Source of the DNA: Dehalococcoidia bacterium
GTDB lineage: Bacteria > Chloroflexota > Dehalococcoidia > Plut-88900
Reading direction: 5' to 3'
NCBI GenBank assembly: GCA_965249275.1
Contig: CBDFLQ010000007.1
Location: forward strand, 608,001-672,000
Length of the DNA stretch: 64,000 bases
Shown here: piece after piece, positions 17,305 through 27,800 of the stretch
Layout: each line of letters starts with the position of its first letter
Position numbering within the stretch: position 1 is the stretch's first letter
Program-made: the position numbers and the translations under genes
Notes under the pieces: generated by a model
Database searches by the model: none
What the model was told of the DNA's origin: nothing
What the model saw: only the letters and a program-made list of their open reading frames with translations

Positions 17305-17333
17305 TTGACAACCGACCAGTCCAAAAGCATACT
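17305..17333 (+). promoter_or_regulatory. Sigma-70 promoter for the LLM-comDE-like operon
   Basis: TTGACA-17 bp-CATACT, followed by AAGGAGG SD before ATG 17384. Confidence 0.7.
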
Positions 17334-17383
17334 CGCCGGGTGTTCCGCCGAGCGCAACGTGCCCCGAGATAAAGGAGGGATTC

Positions 17384-18562
17384 ATGACACTGCCCGACCG
17401 CATGAAGTTCGGCATTTTCATGGCCCCCTTCCATTGGGCCGCCGAAAATCCTACCCTCTCCTTTGAGCGCGACATGGAACTCCTGGAGTGGCTCGACCAG
17501 CTGGGCTACGACGAAGCCTGGATCGGCGAGCATCACAGTGGAGGCTGGGAGACCATCGCTTCCCCGGAGATATTCATAGGCGCCGCCGCCCAGCGCACCA
17601 AGCACATCAAACTGGGCACGGGCGTCCTCAGCCTTCCCTACCATCATCCCCTCATGGTCGCCAACCGCATGATCCAACTAGACCACATGACCCGAGGCAG
17701 AGTGATGATGGGAGTCGGGCCCGGGGCCCTTGTCGGCGACGCCTTCATGCTCGGCATCGACCCTCCTCTCCAGCGCCAGCGCATGGACGAGGCCCTCAAC
17801 ATCATCCTCCGCCTCTGGACCGAGACCGACCCCATCACCTACGAAGCCGACTGGTTTACCCTCAAGGAGGCCACCGTCCACCTTCGCCCATATACTCTGC
17901 CCCACATCCCCGTCGCAGTTGCCGCCTCCTATTCCCCCGCTGGAATGGTCTGCGCCGGTAAATACGGCCTCGCCGTCCTCTCCCTGAACACCATCTCGGT
18001 CCCCGGCGCTGCAGCCCCCGACCTTGCCAAGTTCTGGGACATCGCCGAGGAGACCGCCGACAAGTACGGCAATACCGTCAGCCGAGACGACTGGGGCATC
18101 GTCATTCACGTCCACCTCGCCGAGAGCCGCAAGGAGGCCATAGAGCAGGCCCGAGAGGCCTCAGGCCGCTACCAGAAGGAGTATTTCGAAGACACCCTGG
18201 GCCTGCCAACCGCCTTCGAAGGGCCCCAGGACAAGATCATCGACCACATGGTGGCCACCAATAACTGGTGCGTCGGCACCCCCGACGACCTTGTCGAGAC
18301 CATTCACCGGCTTGAGGAGGAGTCGGGCGGATTTGGAAGACTCCTCATTCAGGCCACCGAGTGGGGAACACGTGAGCAGGTACTCCACAGCTACGAACTC
18401 CTTGCCCGCTACGTAATGCCTCGCTTCCAGGGCTCGGTAACCAGCCTCCACAACTCCCGAGAGTGGTCGGTCAAAAAACGCGAGGAGCTCGTCGCCCTCA
18501 ATATCAAGGCCATGGACAAGGCCAAAGCCGACTACGTCAAAAACGTAGCCGCAGGTCCCTAG
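17384..18562 (+). CDS. LLM-class flavin-dependent monooxygenase (limonene 1,2-monooxygenase-like clade)
   Basis: FGIFMAPFH, DEAWIGEHHSGGWE, LGTGVLSLPYHHP, GVGPGAL, SYELLARYVMP. Confidence 0.9.
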   Translation: MTLPDRMKFGIFMAPFHWAAENPTLSFERDMELLEWLDQLGYDEAWIGEHHSGGWETIASPEIFIGAAAQRTKHIKLGTGVLSLPYHHPLMVANRMIQLDHMTRGRVMMGVGPGALVGDAFMLGIDPPLQRQRMDEALNIILRLWTETDPITYEADWFTLKEATVHLRPYTLPHIPVAVAASYSPAGMVCAGKYGLAVLSLNTISVPGAAAPDLAKFWDIAEETADKYGNTVSRDDWGIVIHVHLAESRKEAIEQAREASGRYQKEYFEDTLGLPTAFEGPQDKIIDHMVATNNWCVGTPDDLVETIHRLEEESGGFGRLLIQATEWGTREQVLHSYELLARYVMPRFQGSVTSLHNSREWSVKKREELVALNIKAMDKAKADYVKNVAAGP

Positions 18563-18601
18563 CCCCGACCCCAAAACCTTAGATTCGGAGATTGCACCTA
18601 T

Positions 18602-19111
18602 ATGCCTAACTGGGCCGAGACCATAGTTGAAGAGCTGAAGAAGAAAGAAGTATCCCTGATAGTCTTCGTCCCCGACATCAGTATCGACAGAGTAACCTCC
18701 TTGCTGGAAAGCGATCCTTATTTCCACGTTGTCGCTGCCACCAGGGAAGAAGAGGCCATCGGTATCGCCTCCGGAGCCTTTGCAGCGGGGTGCAATGCCG
18801 CGGTCTTCATGCAGTCCAGTGGGTTCGGAAATTCCGTAAACGCCATCTGCAGCCTCTGCATCCCCTGCCGCTTCCCCATCCCCATATTCATTAACCTTCG
18901 CGGCGAGGTGGGAGAGTTCAACATCGCCCAGGTCCCTATGGGCAGAGCCACCCGACCTATCCTGGATGTCCTCAACATTCCCTTCTACACGCTCGACACA
19001 GACCGCAACCTTGACAAGACCGTCGGCGGAGGCCTAAAGCTCTGTTACAGCAGCCGAGAGCCCGTCGCCTTTTGCCTTACACCCTTGCTCCACGGAGGCA
19101 AGCTTGCTTAG
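18602..19111 (+). CDS. Sulfopyruvate/phosphonopyruvate decarboxylase-like alpha subunit (ComD-like)
   Basis: FVPD, TREEEAIGIASG, MQSSGFGNSVN, RGEVGE..AQVPMG. Confidence 0.82.
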   Translation: MPNWAETIVEELKKKEVSLIVFVPDISIDRVTSLLESDPYFHVVAATREEEAIGIASGAFAAGCNAAVFMQSSGFGNSVNAICSLCIPCRFPIPIFINLRGEVGEFNIAQVPMGRATRPILDVLNIPFYTLDTDRNLDKTVGGGLKLCYSSREPVAFCLTPLLHGGKLA

Positions 19112-19700
19112 ATTAGACGCCACCAAGATGATCCTGTCCCATCTCAAAGATGAGGTTGTCGTCTCCAACCTCGGACCGACAACCGACGAGCTCTGGATAT
19201 CAGGACACCGGGACCGCAACTTCTACACTTACGGGTCCATGGGCCTCTGCTCCTCCATGGCCCTCGGCATGGCCCTCTCTACCGACGAGAAGATCGTCTC
19301 TCTCGACGGAGACGGCTCCCTCCTGATGAACATGGGCACGCTGGCCACCATAGCCCGCGAAAACCCCAAGAACCTTGTCGTCATCGCTTGGGACAACGAG
19401 GAGTGGTGCCAGACCGGCCACCAGAAAACTCACACCGCCTTCTCCACCGACCTTGAAAAGGTCGCGGCGGGTTGCGGCATCGAGAAAACCGCTACCGTCC
19501 GAGACATGGAGTCGCTGGAAGGCATCTTCGTACGCGCCCTCGCAGAAGACGGGCCCTGGTTTATCAACGCCAAGATCGACGAAGGTGAAGAATACCCCGT
19601 CATGCCAATCGAGCCGGAGGTCACCCTCTACAGGTTCCGCCGGACCTTCACCGACATCCCCACGGGACACCTCACCGCCGCACCCGAAGGCAGACCCTAG
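19104..19700 (+). CDS. ThDP-binding beta subunit (ComE-like)
   Basis: NFYTYGSMGLCSSMALG and the DGDGSLLMN...DN ThDP motif; overlaps the alpha subunit. Confidence 0.85.
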   Translation: MLRLDATKMILSHLKDEVVVSNLGPTTDELWISGHRDRNFYTYGSMGLCSSMALGMALSTDEKIVSLDGDGSLLMNMGTLATIARENPKNLVVIAWDNEEWCQTGHQKTHTAFSTDLEKVAAGCGIEKTATVRDMESLEGIFVRALAEDGPWFINAKIDEGEEYPVMPIEPEVTLYRFRRTFTDIPTGHLTAAPEGRP

Positions 19701-20899
19701 ACCGGAACCACGTACAGGTCCCGATCCTCCTCGGTTAGCACCTCGCAGCCGTCTTCGGTGATGGCTATGGTCTCGCTCAACCCGACTCCAAACTGGCCCG
19801 GGACCCGGTAGGTGATGGGCATATGAAACGTCATCCCCGGCAATAAAGGCTCATCCACTCCCTCCGCAATCCAGGTCAGAGCTTCCGACCATGTCGGCGG
19901 AAAGCCGATACCCACGTTGTAACCGTAAGTCCCCCCAAAGTACGCTACATCCTCTACTTTGCCGTAACCCTTGCGGGCCGCCATCGCCACGTCGTGGCCC
20001 GTGCGTCCGGGCCTCGCCTCCTCGATTATCGTCGAGACCGTCTCTTTCACCGCCTCAGCCACGCGAAGCACCTCCGGTGACGGCTCTCCTATCACCGCCG
20101 TGCGCATCATCGGCGCCGTATACCTCTGATGCGCGCCACCAAACTCCAGGAACACATTGTCCCCGACTTCCAGCGGGACCCGACGGTAGGTCGTGTGCCC
20201 GTAGCTGGTCCTTTCGCCCGAGGATACGATAGGCTGCACCGACATAAACTCGCTTCCCGCCGCGATCATCGCATCGTACCCTACCCTCGCCACGTCGTTG
20301 TCCAGGACTCCGGGCCGTATCGCTTCCAAGGACGCATTTATGGCCACCCTCGTATACCCGGCGGCCTTGCGCAGAAAGTCCATCTCCAACGGGGACTTCA
20401 CCATCCGCACCCGTGCCACGAGGTCCGACGCGTCCATCAAAACCGCAGTGGGCAATGAGCTTCTTAGCGATTCCAGCACGGGCGGCAATAGCCCGTGCCT
20501 CGAGGGCTCGATGCCCAGTCTCCCCGACTCCAGCCCCATCTCCCGTATCATGTCCGCCAATTGCTCCCCGGCCCCTGCCTGACCCCTCCAGTCCGCACTG
20601 ACAATATTCTTCACCCAGGAATTCACCACACCCGCCGCAATTTCCATGGACGTCACCTGCAACGCAGCGTCGCCGTCCAGCGGGAGTATCAGGCAAGCGT
20701 GGTTTCCGACACCGAAAGTGTAGTACCCACTGACGTAGTACAGGTTGCATGGGTACGTGATCAGCAGGGCATCCAGCCCTTCCGCCTCCATCTCCTTCCT
20801 CACCTTACCCACCCGCGTGTGGTACTCCCCTTCCGGGAACGGGACCCCGCTCCTGTGAGAGCTTGCCATCAGGCCTTCTATATACTGCTTAGCATCCAT
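19697..20899 (-). CDS. M24-family hydrolase (creatinase/ectoine hydrolase-like)
   Basis: RMVKSPLE, SGERTSYGH, FLEFGG..RYTAPMMRT, GYNVGIGFPPTW, PGMTFH, GLSETIAIT. Confidence 0.85.
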   Translation of the reverse strand: MDAKQYIEGLMASSHRSGVPFPEGEYHTRVGKVRKEMEAEGLDALLITYPCNLYYVSGYYTFGVGNHACLILPLDGDAALQVTSMEIAAGVVNSWVKNIVSADWRGQAGAGEQLADMIREMGLESGRLGIEPSRHGLLPPVLESLRSSLPTAVLMDASDLVARVRMVKSPLEMDFLRKAAGYTRVAINASLEAIRPGVLDNDVARVGYDAMIAAGSEFMSVQPIVSSGERTSYGHTTYRRVPLEVGDNVFLEFGGAHQRYTAPMMRTAVIGEPSPEVLRVAEAVKETVSTIIEEARPGRTGHDVAMAARKGYGKVEDVAYFGGTYGYNVGIGFPPTWSEALTWIAEGVDEPLLPGMTFHMPITYRVPGQFGVGLSETIAITEDGCEVLTEEDRDLYVVPV

Positions 20900-20989
20900 A
20901 TGCCGCTCCTATTGGATTCCATCATTCCTGGTTCCGGCATTCTACCCCACCCCCGACACGAATCCCGCGTATGCCGCTATAATCAGCCC

Positions 20990-21732
20990 ATGACCGAGTT
21001 GGCAGACACCCTGGCCGGCCCAATGTGGGAAGAGGACGAATCCCAGGTCTTTCTCCGCTACGGCCCCCTCTTCGTTCCTCGGCGCGAGGAGCAAATCGAC
21101 ACGGTATGCCGACTCATCCCCGCAGACTTGGAGGACGAGTTCAACGCCGTGGAGCTCAGGGCGGGAGACGGAGCCCTTGCCTCGACAGTTATGTCATCCT
21201 TCCCTAACTGTCGATACCTGGCTCTGGACGGCTCCGAGATGATGCGGGCTCGGCTGCAGGCGTCGCTCCAATCCAATGAAGGCCGACTCCAAATCGCGCC
21301 TTTTGACCTTGCTGATACCACTTGGCGCACTCGCCTCCCCGAACCTTTGCGTTGCATGCTCGCCTCCCTCATCGTCCACCACCTGAACGCCGACGGTAAA
21401 CGGCAATTGTTCTCGGATCTCGCTTGGAGCCCGACGGGGCATTCATAATGATCGATCTGGTCGAACCTGCGTCTTCCCAAACCAGGAATACTTACGCCCG
21501 ACAGTGGGATGAAGACGCCCGCGCCCGAGTCCAGGCCTCAGGCGAAGACCCCGAGGCCTACGATATATTTCGAAATGACCGTTGGAATTTCTACGCAGAT
21601 CCCACCCCCGACCCCTATGACCAACCATCCCCGCTCGCCGATCAGCTAAACTGGCTCCGTGACGCAGGGTTCTCAAAGGTCGATTGTTTTTGGATGTACG
21701 CAGGCCACGCAATCTTTGGCGGATACAAGTAG
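20990..21732 (+). pseudogene. Class I SAM-dependent methyltransferase, frameshifted
   Basis: N-terminal half (VPRREEQ, ELRAGDG, LDGSEMM, SLIVHHL) is in one frame and the C-terminal half (LEPDGAFIMID...LRDAGFSKVDCFW) in another. The switch is near 21420-21425. Confidence 0.75.
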
Positions 21733-21800
21733 ACTAAAGGCCGGAAGAGTTCCGGAGCCGCCCCTAGGCATTCCTTACAAGCGGCCCGGCCAGGAGGAAC

Positions 21801-23000
21801 GTGATGATAACTAAATTCGGCACCCTTTTCGCAGGGCACGTGGACATGGAGACTGTCGGCTTGGCTGCTCCTGCAGTCAATGACCGCCTATACCCCAACG
21901 AGCACCTGATTACCGCCTTCGACCGGGCCGAGGACATGGCCAAGCTCATGGACGACCTCGGCTACCACACGCTATGGCTCGCCGAGCACCACTTCCAGCG
22001 TGAAGGCTACGAGTGCATCCCCAACATCCTGATGCTCGCCATGCACCTGACCAGCATCACCAAGAAGCTCAAAATAGGCTCCGGTTTCAACATCACCACC
22101 ATGTGGCACCCTCTCCGCCTCGCCGAGGACTACGCCACCGCCGACGTCCTCACAAAAGGCCGTGTCACCTTCGGCGTCGGCAGAGGTTACCACACCCGGG
22201 AGGTCGAAGTCTTCGACGCCCCTCTCCTTGACCAGGACGCCAACCGAGACCTCTTTGAAGAACAGCTCGACATCATCTTTAAAGCTTTCAACAACGAGTC
22301 TTTCACCCACCACGGAAAGTACTACGACATCCCCGCCAAGGTCCCCTACCGCGGCTATGAACTGGAAGAGCTTACTCTCGTCCCTCGGCCCGTCAACCTT
22401 CCCGTCGAGTGCTGGCAGCCCATCGTCAGCGGGAACCCCAGGGGCTTAAATTTCATGGCCAAACACGGCATTCAGGGCGTGATCGGCGGCGGAGTGGCCC
22501 AGGGTGGCGCGTCCAACAAGGTAGTAAGGACCTGGCAGGAGACTCTTGCCGCCCACGGCCGGGAGACCGAGCTAGGCGGCGATCTCCTCATGGGTTTCTC
22601 CTTCCACATCGCCGAGACTCCCGAAAGGGCGATCCAGGAGGCCCGCGACTATTACTACGAGGATATGAAGATGTTTGCCCCGCTCAACATGCGTCGGGGC
22701 ATTACCCCCGAGCAGATCGAGATCCTCGGCGACCCCGCGAAGGCCCCCTTCGCCGACCTGCCGAAGATCGAGGATGATGCTGCACGAGGAGGTTGGCTGT
22801 GCGGCCCACCCGACTTCATTATCGAGCAGCTTATGAAGGTCCAGGAGATGTACCCTGGTCTCGAACGCATCAACGCCGGCAACGCCATCGGCACCCCTCA
22901 CGCGGTCGTGATGGAGCAGCTGGAACGGTTCGGCAAGGAAGTCATGCCTGCCTTCACCAAGCAGGCCGAGGAGCCCGCAGAAAGGGCGGTGGCCTCATGA
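21801..23000 (+). CDS. LLM-class flavin-dependent oxidoreductase
   Basis: LWLAEHHFQ, WHPLRLAEDYATAD, FGVGRGY; AGGAGG SD. Confidence 0.9.
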   Translation: MMITKFGTLFAGHVDMETVGLAAPAVNDRLYPNEHLITAFDRAEDMAKLMDDLGYHTLWLAEHHFQREGYECIPNILMLAMHLTSITKKLKIGSGFNITTMWHPLRLAEDYATADVLTKGRVTFGVGRGYHTREVEVFDAPLLDQDANRDLFEEQLDIIFKAFNNESFTHHGKYYDIPAKVPYRGYELEELTLVPRPVNLPVECWQPIVSGNPRGLNFMAKHGIQGVIGGGVAQGGASNKVVRTWQETLAAHGRETELGGDLLMGFSFHIAETPERAIQEARDYYYEDMKMFAPLNMRRGITPEQIEILGDPAKAPFADLPKIEDDAARGGWLCGPPDFIIEQLMKVQEMYPGLERINAGNAIGTPHAVVMEQLERFGKEVMPAFTKQAEEPAERAVAS

Positions 23001-24778
23001 TCGACCCCATCACTCTCGAAGTCATCCGTCATCGCCTCCAGTCCATCGCGGACGAGATGGAGATGACACTCCTGAAGAGCTCTTACTCCAGCGTGATCAA
23101 GGAGGGCCTCGACGCCTCCACCGCCATCTTCGACATCAACGGCGACACCATCGCTCAGGGCAACTCCATCCCCATACACCTCGGTAGCCTCATCCCTGCG
23201 GTCAAGTCCATCACAGCCACCTATCCCCCCGACACCATGCAGGAGGGCGATGCCTACATCCTCAATAACCCCTACCGCGGCGGCACCCACCTCCCCGACG
23301 TTACCATCATCACCCCCGTCTTCCACAACGGCAAGCCCATAGTTTTTGGCTGCACCATCGCCCATCACCAGGACCTCGGGGGCAAGACACCCGGCAGCAT
23401 CCCCCCCGACGCCACGGAGATATTCCAGGAAGGCCTGATAATACCTCCCCTCAAGCTCTACGAGGCCGGTGTACCCAACCACACCCTCCACGAGATTCTC
23501 CGCAACAATATCCGCATCCCCGACATGGTTATCGGAGACATGCGGGCTCAGCTTGCAGCTTGCCACGTCGCCAAGACCCAGATTGCCTCCCTCCTCACCG
23601 AGTATTCTGAAGAAACCCTGGTCGAGGCCATGGCCGCCTTACTCGACAACTCCGAAAAGGCCACCCGCAAAGTCCTGGAACAGATCCCCGACGGCACCTA
23701 CTCCTTCGAGGATTACCTCGACAACGATGGAATCGAGATGGATATTCGACGGCTGATCAAGGCCACCATTACTATCCGTGGCTCGAACATCACCGTCGAC
23801 TTCACCGGCTCCAGTCCCCAGGTGAAAGGGCCTTTCAACTCCCCTACCGCCTCCACCATGTCCACCGTCTTTTACATCGTCCGCGCAGTCACCGGCTCCG
23901 ACATCATGAGCAACTCCGGCTGCTTCCGACCTATCAACGTAGTCCTTCCCAAGGCCAGCATCGTCAACCCCGACCACCCTGCGCCCGTCAACTCTCGTAC
24001 CGCTACCGTCAAGCGCATAACCGACGTGCTGAACGGCGCTATGGTGCAGGCCGTCCCCGACAGGCTGCCCGCCGCATCCTCCGGCCAACTCCTCGTCCTG
24101 GCCCTCGGCGGCATCGATCCGGCAAATAACAAGCCCTATGTCGCCAGCGAGCTCGGGGCTGGGGGAATGGGTGCCCGGCCCAACGCCGACGGCATAGACG
24201 CAATCGAGACCGACGTTTCCAACTGCATGAACGTTCCCGCCGAAGCCCTTGAAATGGACCACCCTCTCCGTATTCTCAAGTCCAACCTATGGAATGATTC
24301 CGGCGGCGCAGGTGAGTTCCGGGGCGGTCTGGGCCTTGAAAAGGTCTTTGAAGTCGCGCGCGGCGAAGCCACTATCACCTACAGGGGAGAGCGGCACACC
24401 CTGCCGCCCTGGGGCCTGTTCGGCGGCCTTCCTGGCAGTAAGACCAACGCCATGATCATTCGCAAGGACGGCCGGGTGGAGATCGTGCCCCCCAAGGCAA
24501 TCCTCAGACTCAGCGCGGGAGACCAGCTTCACGCCTTCACCGCCGGCGGCGCGGGATTCGGAGACCCCCTGAACCGCCCTCCCGAGAAAGTCCTCCGAGA
24601 CTATCTGGACAGCCGCATTTCTCTAGAGTCCGCCCGCGCCGACTACGGCGTAGTCATTGACCCCTCGGCCAAGTCCGTAGACATCTCCACAACCGAATCT
24701 CTCAGAGAAGAGGTCCGCTCAGAGCGAGGCCCCATAGACTGGACTTATGATCTCGGTGTGGAGCTGGGGCGCGTCTAG
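22997..24778 (+). CDS. Hydantoinase B / 5-oxoprolinase family protein
   Basis: MIDPITLE, PIHLGS, NNPYRGGTHLPD, HHQDLGG, DSGGAGEFRGG, GGAGFGDP; ATG overlaps the upstream TGA. Confidence 0.92.
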   Translation: MIDPITLEVIRHRLQSIADEMEMTLLKSSYSSVIKEGLDASTAIFDINGDTIAQGNSIPIHLGSLIPAVKSITATYPPDTMQEGDAYILNNPYRGGTHLPDVTIITPVFHNGKPIVFGCTIAHHQDLGGKTPGSIPPDATEIFQEGLIIPPLKLYEAGVPNHTLHEILRNNIRIPDMVIGDMRAQLAACHVAKTQIASLLTEYSEETLVEAMAALLDNSEKATRKVLEQIPDGTYSFEDYLDNDGIEMDIRRLIKATITIRGSNITVDFTGSSPQVKGPFNSPTASTMSTVFYIVRAVTGSDIMSNSGCFRPINVVLPKASIVNPDHPAPVNSRTATVKRITDVLNGAMVQAVPDRLPAASSGQLLVLALGGIDPANNKPYVASELGAGGMGARPNADGIDAIETDVSNCMNVPAEALEMDHPLRILKSNLWNDSGGAGEFRGGLGLEKVFEVARGEATITYRGERHTLPPWGLFGGLPGSKTNAMIIRKDGRVEIVPPKAILRLSAGDQLHAFTAGGAGFGDPLNRPPEKVLRDYLDSRISLESARADYGVVIDPSAKSVDISTTESLREEVRSERGPIDWTYDLGVELGRV

Positions 24779-24785
24779 TCGGCTG

Positions 24786-24847
24786 TTCCCTTAGGGAATC
24801 AAGAGGGGCGAAGCCACCATTGCTAGGGTTTGGGGATGTCCCCCAAA
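24786..24847. repeat. REP-like palindromic element between convergent genes
   Basis: TTCCC-TTA-GGGAA, GAGGGGCGAAGCC and TTTGGGGATGTCCCCCAAA hairpins. Confidence 0.55.
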
Positions 24848-27800
24848 CTATTCGTATCGCAGGGCTTCCGCAGGCGCTATCCGGCCCGCACTTCTCGCCG
24901 GAAGGAACGTCGTGAGCAGGGACAGTACGTAGGCTACTACCACTATCAGCAGTACCTGTGCCCACGGCACTACCAGCCTGATGTCAGATTCCTCGTACCG
25001 GATAGAGCTGATCACGTTTATCGAAGTCAGCAGCCCCAGAACCAAGCCAAGCCCGATCCCCAGCAATGCGATAAACGATGACTCCAGGAGGAATGACAGC
25101 TGCACCATCCCTCTCGAATACCCGATGGCTCGCAGCACTCCTATCTGGTGCCGACGCTCTACCACTGCCCTCGCACTGACAACACCCAGCGCCGCAATTC
25201 CTACTACCAGACCCAGGGACATGAAAGCAAGCAACAAGTTTGTAAAGGCGCGGTTGGAACCCTGAAGCCCATCGATCACCTCTTTAATGTCAAGGGTCTC
25301 CATTCCGTTGGTGAAGAACTCCGCCTCGATCTTCTGCGCAGCATCCTCCGTTCCAGGTTCCACGTTGAAGAAGAACTGGTTGGGATCAACGTCCCTGGGC
25401 AACTGGGCATCCAGTAGTCTCGTCGATGTGTATACCGCTACCGGAAGCAGCCCCTGGGACGCAAAGTCGTCGAAAACACCTACAACCGTAAGCTCAACTG
25501 TGGTATTGCTCCTCAGGTCCCGGACCTCTATCTGCACGGGGTCAATGTAGTCGTTTTCCTGGAACAGGCCCTCCACTCCAGCCAGCGTAAACCTTTCCGC
25601 ATCCACGTCGAACTGGAAGTCGCTTCTGGATGGCACCAGGAAGGAATTGACAACCGCCAGCCCAGGTTTCTCTTTGACGTCTCTCCACAGCTTCCGGGTG
25701 TCTACATCTCCATCCTCCAGGTATTCAGGCGCTGACAACATGATCTGGTACAGGTTCGAATCGGCGAAATCGTCGTCAACCCCTGTAAGTATCGTGTCCG
25801 AAAAATCGTCTCCCACTCCATCCGTCAGCCTGGCTTCCGCCTCCCAGATATTTCTCAGTATCCCCACCGAGGGCTTCCCATCCACCCGACTCACGAAGTC
25901 CAGGTCCGGGTTGGCCTCGATGGCCGCGGTTAGGTCGGTGACGGGATTGGTCTCGTTCAGCGAAAACGCCATGACTTGATAGCCGCCGCCCAGCCTGTCC
26001 TCGTCTCCCAGCAGTTCGTTGAACCCCTCGATCACAACGCTCATCACGGTAACCGAATAGATCACCACAGCAAACATCGCTACGGATATCCCCGTCCGGA
26101 ACCCGAACCTGAGCGGGTAAGCAATCGACGACTTGATTATCGGGGCGAATCCCTTTATCCGGCCTACCGTCCGAGAAACTAGCCCCAGCACGAAATCTGT
26201 GTTGTTGACCGTAACCAGCACGGCCCCGAGAACCAGCATCGTACCCGTCACGAAAAACACCGTGAAGTCGCTGCTCCAGTCGTCTCTGATAGCCCTCCCT
26301 ACCGATGGCGGGAGCAGCCACCATATGACGAGCAGAATGCCCGCTCCGGACAACGCCCACCGGCGGGCCACGCCAAAGTATCGCAGGACTATCGCCGCAC
26401 CCAAGACGGCCAGGGAGGGACCCAGCCAGAACCATACCGCGTTTGCGGTGTTGTAACCTGACACCATTATCAATAGGCCGATTACGATTAAAGCTATACC
26501 GGCCGCCAGTGCTTTCTTTGTAGCCCGCGATTGTCGCGGCTCCGGTATATCCCTTATCGCTCTCACTATGTTGATCCGGCTTATCTGCCAGGACGCAAAT
26601 GCCACAGTGATCAGTGTCACCACTGTACCCAGGAAGAACGCAACCAAAACGCTGACCAGCTGAACGTGGGTGCTGAGGCTGAATTCGGATGTAACGTCCT
26701 GGCCGATTGCGCCTGCCGTGGCTTTCACCAAAATGTATCCCAGAACGATACCCACTAAAACCCCGACCACCGACGACCCCAACCCGTAGATCGCCCCCTC
26801 CGCAATGAACATCCTGATCAGATGCCCGCGCTTCATCCCTATGGCCCGGGACATTCCCAATTCCGCCTTCCGCTCCGCGGCCAGCATCGAAAAAATCAGG
26901 AATATCAGCAGCAACCCTACGCCTATGGAAAAGAGTCCGAACACGGTGAAGAAACTCAGGAACAGATTGCCCCACTCATTGGCAAAATCTATGCCCTCTT
27001 GCTTCACGTCGTGCATTTCAAGCCCGTTGTCCACCAAGGCCGGTAAATCACCGTGTCTCCCCACCACCGACTCCGTCAACTCCACTCCCTCTTCATCGTC
27101 CCCCGCGTTGGATACCAGGATGTAAGATAGCCGCCCTTCTTTGTCCAGCAGCTCCTGTGCGCGCCCAAGAGACACCGCCATCACCACCTGGTATTGGCCG
27201 CTATTGAAGAACCACCCGTCCATGACCGCCTTAATGGTCATCTCCCTGAAACTCTGAGGCCCGAGGAACAGCTGCAAAACATCTCCGGCCTCCGCGTCCA
27301 GCTCCTCCGCCCCCTCACTGTCCAGGTAAAGCTCATCATCACCCAGGCTGCCTATGTCCACAGGTGTACCGTCGATATCAAGCACCTCGTCAAAAGTCGA
27401 GGCTCGTGCCGGGTCCAGGCCGGTGATCAGGGCGTTTGCCTCAAACTGCTGCGACTCCAGGTTCACAACTGCCACAGTTTCAGTCACTACGGGCAGCAGC
27501 CCGTCCACATCCGGGTCAGGGTCCAACTCCGACGCTATCGCCGTGAATATCTCATCAGAAAAGTCGTCCGGCACCGCCTGGCTCTGCCACAGGTCTGAGT
27601 CCTCATCCACCCGTATCAGCTCATCCATAGTTCTAAGGCTCTGTATGACGCTGCTCTTGACGCTGTACGTCATCGAGTCCCCTGTGGTAAAGGCACTCAT
27701 TATGATCGCCGTAGCCAGCATCAGACCCACGACCACCAGAATGCCCCTGGCAGGGCGTCTGAACACCTGCCGAAATGCCATCTTCACCAGAATGGGATTA

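Noticed and set aside
16212-17308. ORF-track ORFs in the gene-free region (e.g. 16864-17259, 16562-16834, 16788-16994)
   Set aside because: Low-complexity Pro/Ser/Arg products, no SD at their starts, they run through palindromic repeats, and no recognisable domain.
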